Shown here: piece by piece, positions 1 to 13,509 of the stretch
How the letters are laid out: each line of letters starts with the position of its first letter
Numbering within the stretch: the stretch's first letter is position 1
Origin: Ranitomeya imitator
Lineage: Eukaryota
Reading direction: 5' to 3'
Assembly (NCBI RefSeq): GCF_032444005.1
Contig: NC_091288.1
Span: 203,794,001-203,858,000, forward strand
Length of the DNA: 64,000 nt
The notes under the pieces: generated by a model
Told to the model about the DNA's origin: nothing
Database searches by the model: none
What the model saw: only the letters and a program-made list of their open reading frames with translations
Made by a program: the position numbers and the translations under genes

Positions 1-1299
1 CCAAAAAGGATTCATGCCTCCTTGTCCTAACCATACCCCCATCATACACATTAGATCAACCTGCCCATCCCCGTAGGACCAGTCGCCCATCTTCCCTCAA
101 TATAAGATGCTGGGGATACAAGGATGGGGCATATTGAATTTCAATGTCCGATCATTTTATTCTCAAGGAGGAAGGATAAGCTGTGAGTTTGGCAGCAAGT
201 TACGCCATCCAAAGGTTATCCGAAATTTGTGCCTGGCAAAGGATTGGGCATGTTGAATTTCTCCTAGAAGATAGGCCTCCACCATAGCTCTCTGACGGCG
301 GCTTCCTCCACTCTCCCCACTCTGAACACTTGCCGAGCGTTCATCTGCATGGGGGTGGGAGATCAGGAGAGATGATTGTTGACCGAAAAAGCAGTTGTCA
401 GACAGGTATCAATGGTGTCTGTGCACCTTTACTCTCCTCTCTCCATTTACAAACACGTGCACGCTCAGTGGAATGTTGGCCTGAAAATGGTACATCAATT
501 TCCTGTGTCCTATCGACATGTAATTTCAGATTTAAATGGCTGAAATTGGGAAATTTGCTGAAAACATTTCTATAACACGTCATAGAGAATGCAAAAAAAG
601 AATAAACCGTCCTAAAAAGTAATCTCTTGGCCCACTGTGAATCATGTGGCCTCCTCCAAATATTAGTAACTTCCCTGTGGTCTTAAACTGTTAAAAGCTG
701 CTTTAGAAAATAAATTTAAAAAAATTACAAATTCTCTCTTAGAATCAGCTCACCGATTTATTCTCAGTTTACTCACTCTAGCAATAGACAGTCCAACACG
801 GAGGCTATAGAAAATAAACCGTGTAAGATTTTTAATGAAAGCCAGTTTGTAAAAATGCCTTTATCCCAAAATACAAAAAAAAAATTAAAATTTGTATGCG
901 AAAGGGTCCATATCTCTTAAGACCTATCCGGTGCAATACTTAACCATTAGCAAGCATGCTTGGATCTTCTGCATATTTACCCATGGAATAAGTTGCTGCC
1001 AGATACTGCTATCAGATGTTATTAATGACCATCGTTATAAGGCTCTGTTCACATTTGGAGAGGAAGTTCCATCAACAGCCTTCATGGCAGATTTCGTTAC
1101 ATATGCAGAAAATGTGAAAAAATAAATAAATCACAGCATCAAAAATCCCCGGATTCATTTAGGCCCAGTGGGCACCGAAATGATGAACTTAGGTCGTAGA
1201 TATGGACCCTTTTTCTATTCACCACTTTGAAGAATCCCTTTTTATTAAACACATCCCCATTGAGAAAATGATTACATCACCGATCAATCAATTGTAATG

Positions 1300-3200
1300 G
1301 CAGCTGATACATCTAGTGCATCCATAAGGACAGTTGCCTCTACGATAACTCGAAGTCACACTTCTGAATTTACTCATCCCTTTACTTAAATTCTGAAAGA
1401 GGAAATCATAGTCAAGCAGATTAGCTGATGGATCTTATTATATTATGTCTTCCATGAATATTTGTGAATCCTAGCTTGAATATCTGAAGCTTTTTGTAGT
1501 TTTCACATTCCCTAAATACACAAAAATATGGTAGACCCATCATATCAGGAATAAATTGTCTTACTACCAATTTATCTAAATACACATTGATACTCATCTT
1601 CAACATTGCATAACTCGGTTCCCCACATATCTCAAAGACACTAGTCATGTTTTACAAATATTGGCGAATATCAAATACATCTCGGGCAAACTGGATATAA
1701 CATCCTTTTTATAGGCAATCATAAGGGATGTAACAAACAATTTTTCTTAGAAAAGGAAGGGAAATATAACAGAACTCTGATCAACTATATAATTAAATGC
1801 ATCAAATTTATTTTAACTTACAACTACTTCATCTATGATTTTTATTTACAAACATGGGGGACCGCGATGGGAACCAAACTCGCCCCAACTATGCCAACAA
1901 ACACATGAACAGATGGGAAGAGACCACCATCCGTGTGAGCTGCGAGCAACCCTTATCCTATAGTGGTGCTTCACAGATTATATTCTATTTATAGGGGAAA
2001 GTACTCGGGATCCCTTACTGGTTTTTATCAATTAGATCAACCAGAATGACTATTTACTTAAATTCACACCCGCTTTCAGTAAAATTAGTGTGAACATTTT
2101 ACGTCTTACTATTTTTATAGATGAAAACATCGTAAAGAGATGGACTCATCAGTTCCGTTTTTAGAAATGGCTGTAATTTGCCAATTTGATTATCTAATAT
2201 TCCAATTCACCCATATTCATCGTAATTGCACTCATATTATATTTTGACTACCTGTCAAAAGCTGATTTTTTTTTAAAGAACAGTTCATAAATAGAGGCCA
2301 TTATCAATCTTCTCTCGAAAGAGCATTACAAGAAGTTAAATCTCTACTAAAAGATCTTGTTCACAAAACCAAGGTAACATGCACACCTCTCATTATTGAG
2401 TTGCAAATAGATCAAATACCAATCATTACCCAGTAGTTAAGCCACCAATCTGCCTTTAAAAAATAAAAATAAGAATAAAAATAATTTGCAGATACTGGCA
2501 AATTCTACAGCAGGACAAAAGGATTGGGAAACGTCTATCAACAAATCCCAAATGTGTGTTCCGAAAAGCTAGAACCTTGGGCAACCTTATAGCACCTACT
2601 ATTAAAGAGCAAAAACTCTGTTAGAAAAATGACAAACATTTAAAACAATCAAAACCCACATTTTTTTCTAAAAAGAGAAGATTTTATGCTTGTGGGAAAA
2701 GTTTTGGATTCAAGTTAATAAGATATCCAAACAAAGACCCATCCGAGAATTATCCAATTACAACAAATCTGAATCCTATGAGAACAGGGATAATATTACG
2801 GCTACACCAAAGAAGTCACCTACATTAGCTCTTACAGTGATCAGGTATGAAATTATATGTTCGCCAAACCAAAAGAAGTCTCTCTGAAAGACTTAGGGAA
2901 CGCTTTATAAGTAATAGGTTGCTTCGGAGATATAAATAATGCTATAAGGGTCACCACAGGTGTCTCCAGGTATTCATCCATTCTTAGAGTAACCTGTTAC
3001 ATACTGTCAAAGAGGAAAATTAAAATCTATAAGGCATCTTTAGGGAGAAGACATGTCCCCATCACATTGAACATATTGGGAAGAGGGAAACCTTCTTAAT
3101 ACTGGTGAAGAGCTGACACTCCAACCTCCTTTATGAAGTGGGATGAATTATAGCTAGGGAGAGAGAAATTAATAAAAACAACCTTTGAAGCAGAGACCTC
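1300..3200 (+). mobile_element. Degenerate Penelope-like retroelement (RT plus GIY-YIG endonuclease remnants)
   Basis: Frameshifted motifs PK(I)HK..GRPIISG (~1510-1545), YLKDT, FYLQTWGTAMGTKLAP (~1843-1888), RYWQILQQD, and KLYVRQTKRSL (~2852). Confidence 0.8.
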
Positions 3201-3656
3201 CTGCAGTGGACAGGTGATTAAAACAGGATATCTTCTGGAATAGGTGCCAATCAACTAATGTGTATGGGGCCTCATGACAATAGATATTGGAGGAACATAG
3301 GGATATGGCTGCTGGACTTCAACTGTCAGATACTTTTGCTTGTAGGCACATCAGAGGTGTTTTTAATGGGGCTTACTCCCTTCTTTCTAATAAGAACACA
3401 TGCATGCCCAGCCAAGCTGATCAAACATGTGCTCAGCTTTTTAGGAGTAGAAGTAGCAGTACAACTTTCTAGATTAACTTCTATGAAGGCTCCTAGAGTG
3501 CTCATTCAACAAAGCAATGCTCGAGATACAGAAAATCCCAGCGGACGGATCTGCATCTATCGGACAATTAGACCCCATGCAGGCGGGTTTTTTTTTTTTT
3601 TTTAGCAAATCCTCTCCAAAATCGGCCACAAAAATCACCTACAACATTTGAGAGAC

Positions 3657-4334
3657 TCTTCCTATTAATTTCAGTGATAATTCACTTCGATGACGAAGCC
3701 ATTCAAGGTGAAACGCGCGTCGAGGCTCCCCTCTCTGCCTGCAGCACCTTGTCACTCACCGCAACCATGTCCCATGGTAACGGCACATCAGCTTTAATTT
3801 ATGTACTACATCTATAACTGCGCTGCCTTGATTTCTATCCCCTGTTACCCATTATATTCAGGAGATTATCACAGGGGGGTGCCCACCTTTATATTTCATG
3901 TATATTAAGTAGTACCATCCCAGGGCACTATTCAGTATTCATTGGTCTGCAGTCAGAGTAGGGTGCTCAAATTTCCCTCATGTTATCATTAGCATCGCAT
4001 TTTGTCATCTATTACATGCCATTTTTTAGCTGCTCCTTTCTACTACCTGTTTTGTCCATGTATTATTATACCCTTTAGTATTGTTTGTATATTTGATACT
4101 TTAATAAATTTATATTGGCATATATTTCTCTGGTACCTCTATTTTTTATGCACAGACCTTTGGTTTATGATCATTCCCTAACACGATCCTTTGGATCTAG
4201 GGATCATCTCAGTGTCCGGTGCTATTTTTTAGGTTTATATGGTTTGGCTTAGAGGTATGCCCCCTGTTGGCCGAGAGGGCACTATCGTTTAGGTGTTTCT
4301 TCCTATTAATTTCAGTGATAATTCACTTCGATGA
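3657..4334 (+). mobile_element. Probable Penelope 3' region / pseudo-LTR bounded by a 37-bp direct repeat
   Basis: tcttcctattaatttcagtgataattcacttcgatga at 3657-3693 and 4298-4334; decayed hammerhead-like motif 3685-3725. Confidence 0.5.
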
Positions 4335-5464
4335 TCATATGTTTTGCACGTTTTTTAGGTTTTGAAAAACACTTGAAAAAAAAAAATGAAAGTACGTCAC
4401 TACTTTGAAGCAGATACGGAAGGCAACCTCTCTAAGCAAGGCGCTTTCTAATCAAATGACTAAATAAGAAAAAGTTATTAAAGAAAAAAAACTTTTCCAA
4501 ACCACTTCTGGACAAAAGAAAAACTCTTCCAATAAAGGAGCGTTTCCTAAAACGGTTTACACTAGAAAATTAATTATTGACGGCCTGAAAAAATCCTATG
4601 TGCACACACCCTTATGTCATATCCTATCGATGGGATAAAGATCTGTAGATAGACTGTGACAGCGAAGACTGTTATATGGAGCAAATGCTGCGGCGAAAAT
4701 AGGCGGCACGGGGATATACGGTATTCTGCACGCGAGGCCTATTTCCAGTGCATTAGTGTATGAGAGGTACCTCTGGATAAGAACAGGGCCTCACACACCC
4801 ACATCCATGGGACAAGGGGCCCCACACACCGAGGTGCAGAATGTAGGGGCCTTCTGGAGAGCACAGGGCCTGTGTATGCAATAAGGCAGTCTAGGGGGAA
4901 GCATAGCTACAGCCCTGCAAAATACGACAGTCCTCCCATAACCAACTTCCAAACACAGGGCCTCTCTAGGAGAACCTCACAGCGAGCTCCAGAATACACA
5001 GAGCCCCATAGACTCGGCTCCGGGTCATGCAGAACCTCACTCTATAATACAATGGGTCACTCTCATCTACAAAGCTGGTGCCGGGGTCACAAGTCAGCGG
5101 AGCCTGACACGGCAACAATCAGAGCACACAGGACTCGGGACAGTCCAATCCCACACACAGGATTGTGCACCCACCCACGTCTATATTCATGGGCTCATTC
5201 ACACGCTGTCCACAAATCCTGTACTCCATATTGTCCGCTGTCCACAGTCTCCTCTCTCTGAATAACCAGGCAAATGTGGCCCTTACGGCTCTGACAAAAC
5301 TGGGCATCATTGCTGCAATGGTGGGGATATATCCGTCATACAGCGCTGTACATATGGCGGCACACAAAGCATCCTGGAGAGCACTGACCACAGAATGCAA
5401 GAAGACAGAAGTCAGAGGAGTAGGAAAATGGAAATCGGATACAGATTCCGGCCCCTTCCCTTTA

Positions 5465-5937
5465 GGGCCCCTTTCCACTTGTGAGAAAAACGGACGAGTG
5501 CAATCCGATAAAAAATCGGATTGCACTCGGACCAATGTTAATCAATAGGTGACATTCCATTTGCGATTTTTTTCTCAGCTGAAATCGGACTGAGAAAAAA
5601 ATCGCAGCATGCTGCGATTTGCTGCGAGTCTCGAACGAGACTCGCCAATGCAAGTCAATGGGTGCGAGAAAAAAAACGCATGGAATACGGACCATCCGTA
5701 TTCCATCCGTTTTTTACGGATACCTTACCATTCTGTGGCACAGAACACTGTAAATAGTCCTGTAAATGACTGTACAAAAATAGTTGCAGAGAAAAAAAAC
5801 GGTTTGCGTACGGATGTAAAAACTGATGATGCGATTAAAAAATCGCATTACACTCGCATGACAATCGCACACGTTACATCCGTTTTTTCGGTCCGTAAAT
5901 CAAACCGTTTTTTTCTCACACAAGTGGAAAGGGGTGC
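5465..5937. mobile_element. PIF/Harbinger-like MITE
   Basis: TIR ccctttccacttgtg / caagtggaaagggg; TTA on both flanks; internal palindromy. Confidence 0.75.
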
Positions 5938-6710
5938 TTAAGGTCTTGCCCTGGTTCTGGGATATTCCATGGAGCTCCATGATCCCTTGGGAGTAGCCAT
6001 TAATTACTGTGTCATAAGGACGGAGAAAAACAGGTTTGCCCAGGGTCAATATTGATTCTAAGGCCTCATTCACACGTCGGTGATTTTTATGGAACGCAAT
6101 AAAAAAAATGGTCTGATTTCCATCGGTGTTTGTGTCTGTTTTTACCGAGTCATCTGAGATTTTCACGCATGCAAAAAACACAAAAATTGTAAGAATACAA
6201 AGCTTCTACCTACTGCAATGTTAATCACGGACTGCTCCCTGATGCCATCCGTGCGCCATCTGTGATTTTTCACGGACCCGTAGACTTGTCAAAGTGATTT
6301 TTTGCGTGGACACACGGTCCATGAAAAAACAAGCGCATGTGAACAAATGCTACAACCAGTAAGGTGCAGGTATGTGCGTACTGACCTCAATAAACAGGAA
6401 TCATGGCACAGACATGCACATAACTGCTAAGGCCCTTTTCAGATATTGCAGATGCTGATGCCATGGGAGGAGGAGGCCTGCGAGCCGTGGTGAAATCAAG
6501 ACCGCGCTATGCCTTTAAAGTTTCACGATGGAAAAATAAGTTGCAAGTGACTGTTGTGACGACTGCAAGACTTTCCTTACCTCCAGTGGTCATAAGGCGG
6601 CTCGCAACTTTATTCTCCATAGGAAAATAAGAATAGGATTGAATGTTACAATTTGGCCACAGACTGAGGCTTAGCTGGGCCGTACACATAACAAAGCTGC
6701 TCTTCTTATT

Positions 6711-6823
6711 TATTTATTTTTATATAGCGCTAACATATTCCGCAGCGCTTTACAGTTCGCACACATTATCGTCACTGCCCCCAATGGGGCTCAATCTAAA
6801 TTCCCTATCAGTATGTCTTTGGA
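6711..6823 (-). mobile_element. 3' tail of an L2/CR1-related SINE or LINE
   Basis: Minus strand reads ...tgtaaagcgctgcggaatatgttagcgctatataaaaataaataaa, the recalled form of such tails. Confidence 0.5.
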
Positions 6824-7067
6824 GCTGTTGACTTGAACATTCATTTGGCCGACAACTATCTCTCCTCAACTTCCCATAAATGAACGTTCAGGAAAGAGGT
6901 GAAAGTCAATGACATCTCCCCTAAAATGAACGGATGAGACCCCATACTCCTCTCCCCCGACATCTTCTGTACATTAGCGTGTCGGCAAATACTGCTGAAA
7001 TCTGTGGGGTTGGTCAACATTTACCCAATGTGTAGATGGGTCTTTAGTACATGAGATGAGAACTCGC

Positions 7068-8157
7068 TCCCTAATATACAGACATCAGGATGTGGCCCCG
7101 TCCTCCTCCTAATATACAGACATCAGGACACGGCCCCGTCCTCCTCCTAATACACAGGGATCAGGACACGGCCCCATCCTCCTCCTAATATACAGACATC
7201 AGGACACGGCCCCATCCTCCTCCTAATACACAGGGATCAGGACACGGCCCCATCCTCCTCCTAATACACAGCCATCAGGACACGGCCCCGTCCTCCTCCT
7301 AATACACAGCCATCAGGACACGGCCCCATCCTCCTCCTAATACACAAGGATCAGGACATGGCCCCATCCTCCTCCTAATACACAGCCATCAGGACACAGC
7401 CCTGTCCTCCTCCTAATACACAGCCATCAGGACACGGCCCCATCCTCCTCCTAATACACAAGGATCAGGACATGGCCCCATCCTCCTCCTAATACACAGC
7501 CATCAGGACACAGCCCTGTCCTCCTCCTAATACACAGCCATCAGGACACAGCCCTGTCCTCCTCCTAATACACAGCCATCAGGACACGGCCCCATCCTCC
7601 TCCTAATACACAAGGATCAGGACATGGCCCCATCCTCCTCCTAATACACAGCCATCAGTACATGGCCCCGTCCTCCTCCTAATACACAGGGATCAGGACA
7701 CGGCCCCGTCCTCCTCCTAATACACAGGGATCAGGACACAGCCCCGTCCTCCTCCTAATACACAGCCATCAGTACACAGCCTCGTCCTCCTCCTAATACA
7801 CAGGGATCAGGACACGGCCCCGTCCTCCTCCTAATACACAGCCATCAGGACACGGTCCCGTCCTCCTCCTAATACACAGCCATCAGGACACAGCCCTGTC
7901 CTCCTCCTAATACACAGCCATCAGGACACGGCCCCGTCCTCCTCCTAATACACAGCCATCAGTACACAGCCTCGTCCTCCTCCTAATACACAGGGATCAG
8001 GACACGGCCCCGTCCTCCTCCTAATACACAGCCATCAGGACACGGCCCCGTCCTCCTCCTAATACACAGCCATCAGGACACAGCCCTGTCCTCCTCCTAA
8101 TACACAGCCATCAGGACACGGCCCCGTCCTCCTCCTAATACACAGGGATGAGGACTC
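7068..8157. repeat. 38-bp minisatellite, ~28 copies
   Basis: Unit cctcctcctaatacacagccatcaggacacggccccgt; period measured at 7271/7309. Confidence 0.97.
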
Positions 8158-9162
8158 TTCCACATAACAGGGTAGATTCTCCTCCTGACATAACACGTTC
8201 TATCCCTACCCCCTCCCCCCCCCCCCATTATTTATAATGGTGACGATCTTCACGCATGCAGGTGACAAAGGGTTAATGAGATATTCCGGAGATGCTGAGC
8301 CCCATATTATAAGTAGTTTTGTGTCCGGATTTCTCGGTTTCTTGCGTTTTCTCTGCTACAATCCATGCTCCTAATACAAAGACCATTGATTTCCATCATT
8401 CTGTCTGACACACGTGCATTAATTTACACCCCCACATCGCAGGTAGCGCTTGGCCCCGAAATTCTATAACAATATGTCACCTCACCCAACCTACAGACGA
8501 GGGGGGGTGGATATGCCAATAATTATTATTAATATAATTATTAATTTATTATTATTAATGATAATTATAATGGCGAAAGCCATTCGTTAATGTCCAAAGA
8601 CGAGCGTTTCGAGTTCCGAAAGAATTCTTCGAACGTTTGAAAATGTTGGATTTCCCAAAATTGTAAATTCTCTTCCATCCGCGGAAATGTATGGAATATC
8701 CGATTGTGGGATTGGGCGATTCGATCGGTCGTTTGCAATATGGAGGAATGTGCGTTGAGCTCTGGGATATATTGGGGGGTCATCCATTGGGTCCATTGGG
8801 GTCGGGCTTCTTTTTTGGGGGTAATGCGTTGTGACTGACAGCCTCCATTCTGTGACATATGACATGGCAGTAACACATCACACTTCCACTAGTGGGGGGG
8901 GGGGGTACACATAGACAATCTCATGCCCCCCCCCCAGTATAATGATGGGACAGACTACCCTCCCCCTTAGTATTTTAATGTGACAGGTACCCCCTAAATA
9001 TTGACCCATCACATTACACCAATTGCTAATATATTGACACTTTTTAGAACAGTCCCATAAATATAATGTATCCAATAATTCTATCAATCTGCATTGTACA
9101 CAGTATGATCCGACCAGTCTCCCCCCTCCCCCACTAAGTGCCCCCAGTTCTCCCATTCTCAC

Positions 9163-10070
9163 CTTTTGCAGGTTGCAATGTCTGTAGGATAAGAGGGTCC
9201 CCGTCTTCTTTGGTGCCAAGAATAAAGATTTAAAAAATAAAAAATATATATTAAAAAATATATATATATATATATATATATAAAAATCCCTATCTCCTTG
9301 TCTTGATATATTTGCTTTTATGAAGAAAAAAAAATCTCTATATTTTCCTCCCAATCTGAAACCCCCCCACAGTCTGGATCCCCTGTCTGGAGGAGGCTTC
9401 CTTGAGTCTTCTCTTTCTAGATCCAGTAGAGGGGCATCGATCCTCTGTGGGGGGATCCAGGAGTCATATTAGCTGAGTTGGGGGGTTGGAAATAAAGGGA
9501 AAGGGTCTTTTTTTCTTTTTCTTCTATTATCTGGAACCGAATCTCCCTAATCTTCGGGATAAAGGATTGACTAGGATATGGGGGAGCATATTAATTCCCC
9601 CCCCAAAAAATGGTTTTTTAAAAGGGTGAGAATTTTGGGGGGCAAAAGGGGAAGGAGGGGGGTCCTGGGTTAAGGAAAGCAAGGGAGAAGAGGCTGCAAA
9701 GTGAGAGGTGGCAAGCTGATGGGAGGAAGGAAGGAAGGAGAGAGAGAGTGCGAGGGAGAGAGGGAGGGAGACAGACAGAGGGAGGGAGGGGTGGGAATGT
9801 GCAGGGTGATTTATTGCAGCCCTGCAGAACTGTCTGAGAATGACCCTCCAACATGAGTTCTACTCCAGGGCTGCGCCTTACCACGCATGTGCAGGCCAGC
9901 CAGACAGGGGCTGCAGGAGAGAGGAGGGGGCTTCGCCATTCAACACCCCCTCCCTTCCCAGCTCTCTCCCTCCTAGTCTCTGCCCATAGGAGGGGGACAG
10001 GCGCCTGCTGCAGAGCCCTCTCTCCCCTGCTCTCCCAGTACACAGGGGAAAGGAGTGGCTTTCAATAATA
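9163..10070 (-). promoter_or_regulatory. Candidate promoter and non-coding first exon of a divergent gene (glis2 expected by synteny)
   Basis: Repeat-free GA/CT-tract region like a developmental-gene promoter; minus-strand donor AAG|GTGAGA at 9163/9162. Identity rests on mammalian synteny only. Confidence 0.3.
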
Positions 10071-10164
10071 TAAGGGATCTCTGAGAGCCAGATTCTCACC
10101 CCTACACAAATACCACATACACAGCTCCACCCCTGCACACAGAAGACCCTACATGCACACACAC

Positions 10165-10988
10165 AACGATATATGGGGGCTCCGACTGTACCCACCCCCA
10201 CCGTGCAACCGATATATGGGGGCTCCGACTGTACCCACCGTGCAACCGATATATGGGGGCTCCGACTGCACCCACCATGCAACCGATATATGGGGGCTCC
10301 GACTGTACCCACCGTGCAACCGATATATGGGGGCTCCGACTGTACCCACCGTGCAACCGATATATGGGGGCTCCGACTGTACCCACCGTGCAACCGATAT
10401 ATGGGGGCTCCGACTGCACCCACCATGCAACCGATATATGGGGGCTCCGACTGTACCCACCGTGCAACCGATATATGGGGGCTCCGACTGCACCCACCAT
10501 GCAACCGATATATGGGGGCTCCGACTGTACCCACCGTGCAACCGATATATGGGGGCTCCGACTGTACCCACCGTGCAACCGATATATGGGGGCTCCGACT
10601 GTACCCACCGTGCAACCGATATATGGGGGCTCCGACTGCACCCACCATGCAACCGATATATGGGGGCTCCGACTGTACCCACCGTGCAACCGATATATGG
10701 GGGCTCCGACTGTACCCACCGTGCAACCGATATATGGGGGCTCCGACTGTACCCACCGTGCAACCAATATATGGGGGTTCCGACTGTACCCACCGTGCAA
10801 CCGATATATGGGGGCTCCGACTCTGTACCCACCGCGCAACCGATATATGGGGGCTCCGACTGTACCCACCGCGCAACCGATATATGGGGGCTCCGACTCT
10901 GTACCCACCGCGCAACCGATATATGGGGGCTCCGACTGTACCCACCGCGCAACCGATATATGGGGGCTCCGACTCTGTACCCACCACC
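10165..10988. repeat. 37-bp minisatellite, ~22 copies
   Basis: Unit cgatatatgggggctccgactgtacccaccgtgcaac; period measured at 10321/10358. Confidence 0.97.
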
Positions 10989-12753
10989 ACTAATGCTCTT
11001 GCGTATTACAGCTCTTCAACTTTAAAGGGGCTCCTGTAAGATTATTGAGACCCCCTCCCGGTAGATCAATCTGGAGGGACACAATTGTTCCGATTGGTCA
11101 TTATGCTCCCGCTGGAAGGACACAGGAAGGATTGTATGAATCCTGTCCATAGAGGCCATGGGTAGACGATAATGCAGGGATGACACAAAGTCTGTACCCC
11201 TGTGCATCGAGATACAGTAAAACCCCTCCTGAGGGTCGTCTCGTTGAGAAGATTTTCACTGTGACCCTCGTATTTCAGAAGACCACCCCTATAAAATACC
11301 GCTATTTTGAGTGACTGACCCCCAATCGCTCAACATTGCAGTGAAAAAATGGTCTTCTTTTGGGGTATGTATGAAAAGTCTTAAAAGAAAAGTCACAAAA
11401 AGAGCAAATAAAATTCCCCCCAAAATTCAAGAATTAAAGGGCAGGTTACAGAAACTAGGATGCAGCAAACCCATATAATAAAGGTGGCGGTAATATAGGT
11501 GCAAAATACTGATGTGACAGCCACTCACAACCTACCTGCGTGGCGCCTTTTTTTTGTGTGCCATTTTAATACTAAGCAATCCCCCCCTCCATGAATTTGT
11601 TGGTTATAAGTGCATTAGTTCTGATACCCGGGCAGGTAAAGTTGCCCTTTTTTGCTGCGTTAATATATGAAAAATATGTCACAAAAATTGTGGTCCAGAT
11701 CACATGTTCTGTCCAACAGGCCGCCTATTGGAGAAGCAGGGGCGGACACAGGCAGAAGACGGCCCCTGAGCAAGAACTGTACATGGGCCATTGCCGTCCA
11801 CCATAATGCACTCCTTTATGCAGCTTTGGGGGAGGTAGTGGCCCCCGTAAATCTTGGGTCCCTAGGCGGCTGCAAAGATTGCACCAATGGTATGTCCGCC
11901 ACTGTTGAGAAGACAAGCGCACTTGACAGATCAGAAGCTGAAGGCCGGGTCATCACAATCTGTCGTCAAACTTTGGGCCTCTAGTGATCGTATCTCAGTT
12001 TTTAGATTTTAGTGTAAACTATTGGGTCATGTTCTTAGATCAGAAAATCAGACAAAAGAATGCAGCACCTGGGGGGAAATCGGCTGGTTTTGGTGGGAGA
12101 ATCCGTAGCCAGCCAGGTATTGTACATCTGTGGCCACAAGTTTTGACACTGACCCAAATGTTGGTTTTCACCAAAGTTTGCTGCTTCAGTGTTCTTCGAT
12201 CTTTTAGTTGGCTGTTTCTATGGGCCAGGAAAATCCCCAGATCAAGAACCTGTGGTCGGTCCCCAAAAAGAGGGTGGACAAGAAAAGTAAACACATAAAT
12301 TGTGATAAATTCCAAGCACTAATTGGGAAAGTCAGGATTTGGCCCAGAAGCTGATATTTACCGGCAAAGGCGAAGGTCAGAATTTTTAAATACGGTAAGA
12401 AGCGTCAACACTGAAAATATTGAGGGGGTTTTTTTTTGGGTAAACTTCATATATTTGTCAATAATAGTTTGTAAAACTTATGAACTGCTGATAAGCAGCA
12501 AAGTTTGTGTCAGTCTCAAAATGTTTGGCTTCGACTGTGGAAAAACATTGATATGTGCAGCCATTCAGTAAAGCAAGGAAGGTTGAGTCCCCCACTAGTA
12601 GAGAGAATCCCCCCGTTATGGCTTGTAGGGGGGGGGGGTCGCTATTTGGGCCCCGCATCTATAATGTCCATTGGACCTAATTGAGGACAGGTGTCGTGTT
12701 TATGAGTATAATATCTAATCTATGAACTATCTCTATTATCAAATATATATATA

Positions 12754-12959
12754 CAGGGGTGGGCCATGTATACAGATACACTTAAATATAATGGGAATGG
12801 TTGGTGATATCAGCTTCCTGTTTGTGGCACATTAGTATATGGGAGGGGAAAACCTTTCAAGATGGGTGGTGACCATGACGGCCATTTTGAAGTCGGCCAT
12901 TTTGGATCCAACTTTATAAATGGCAAACCCAGGTGTATCCATATAAATGGCCCACCCTG
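12754..12959. mobile_element. Tc1/mariner-type MITE
   Basis: TIRs caggggtgggccat / atggcccaccctg, TA on both sides. Confidence 0.8.
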
Positions 12960-13509
12960 TACTTTTACCAACTATCTAAGGGTGTATTCACATTGCGACT
13001 GCAGTGTCCATTTGGTGAATACACGGGAAAGTCTCCCAGTGTATACAACAAAATGATCCATAGGGTCCCATTCACCTGACGAGAGATAAAAACACTTCAG
13101 TCGTTTATCTTAATGTTCAGCATGTAATATAGGTCTATGGGTGATTCGTGCCACTGTATGGATCCATATAGGAAATCCACCAGATATATTATATGTAATA
13201 TATATATATATACCGTATATATTATATGGGAAGAGTATTGAGACATGTCTTAATCATTGAATTCCACCACCGGGGTAACAAGTGACATTTATTTCTTCCT
13301 CCTAAATCTTCCCCCCCATTACCTGCGAGTGATATTATTGAGAAGCGGAAGGAAGAGCAGCAACTCAGCCACAAAGTGGAGACCCCATAATGTTACAGAG
13401 TGGGGGGGCCGAATGCTGAGGAGGAGCAGAGGGGAGAAAAGTCACCAACAGTCTCCTGACCCCATAACTGCAGAGTCCAGACCTCCTCTGCTATAACATC
13501 AGCACAAAC

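Noticed and set aside
1-330. Possible snRNA or LINE fragment at the window start
   Set aside because: No recognisable snRNA sequence or RT/endonuclease motif on either strand.
8878-9354. 158-aa minus-strand ORF as GLIS2 coding sequence
   Set aside because: No resemblance to the GLIS2 N-terminus or C2H2 fingers; crosses (TA)n and homopolymer runs.
9878-11039. Six overlapping ORFs of 246-370 aa
   Set aside because: They are translations of the 37-bp minisatellite, open in multiple frames on both strands, with no splice or homology support.
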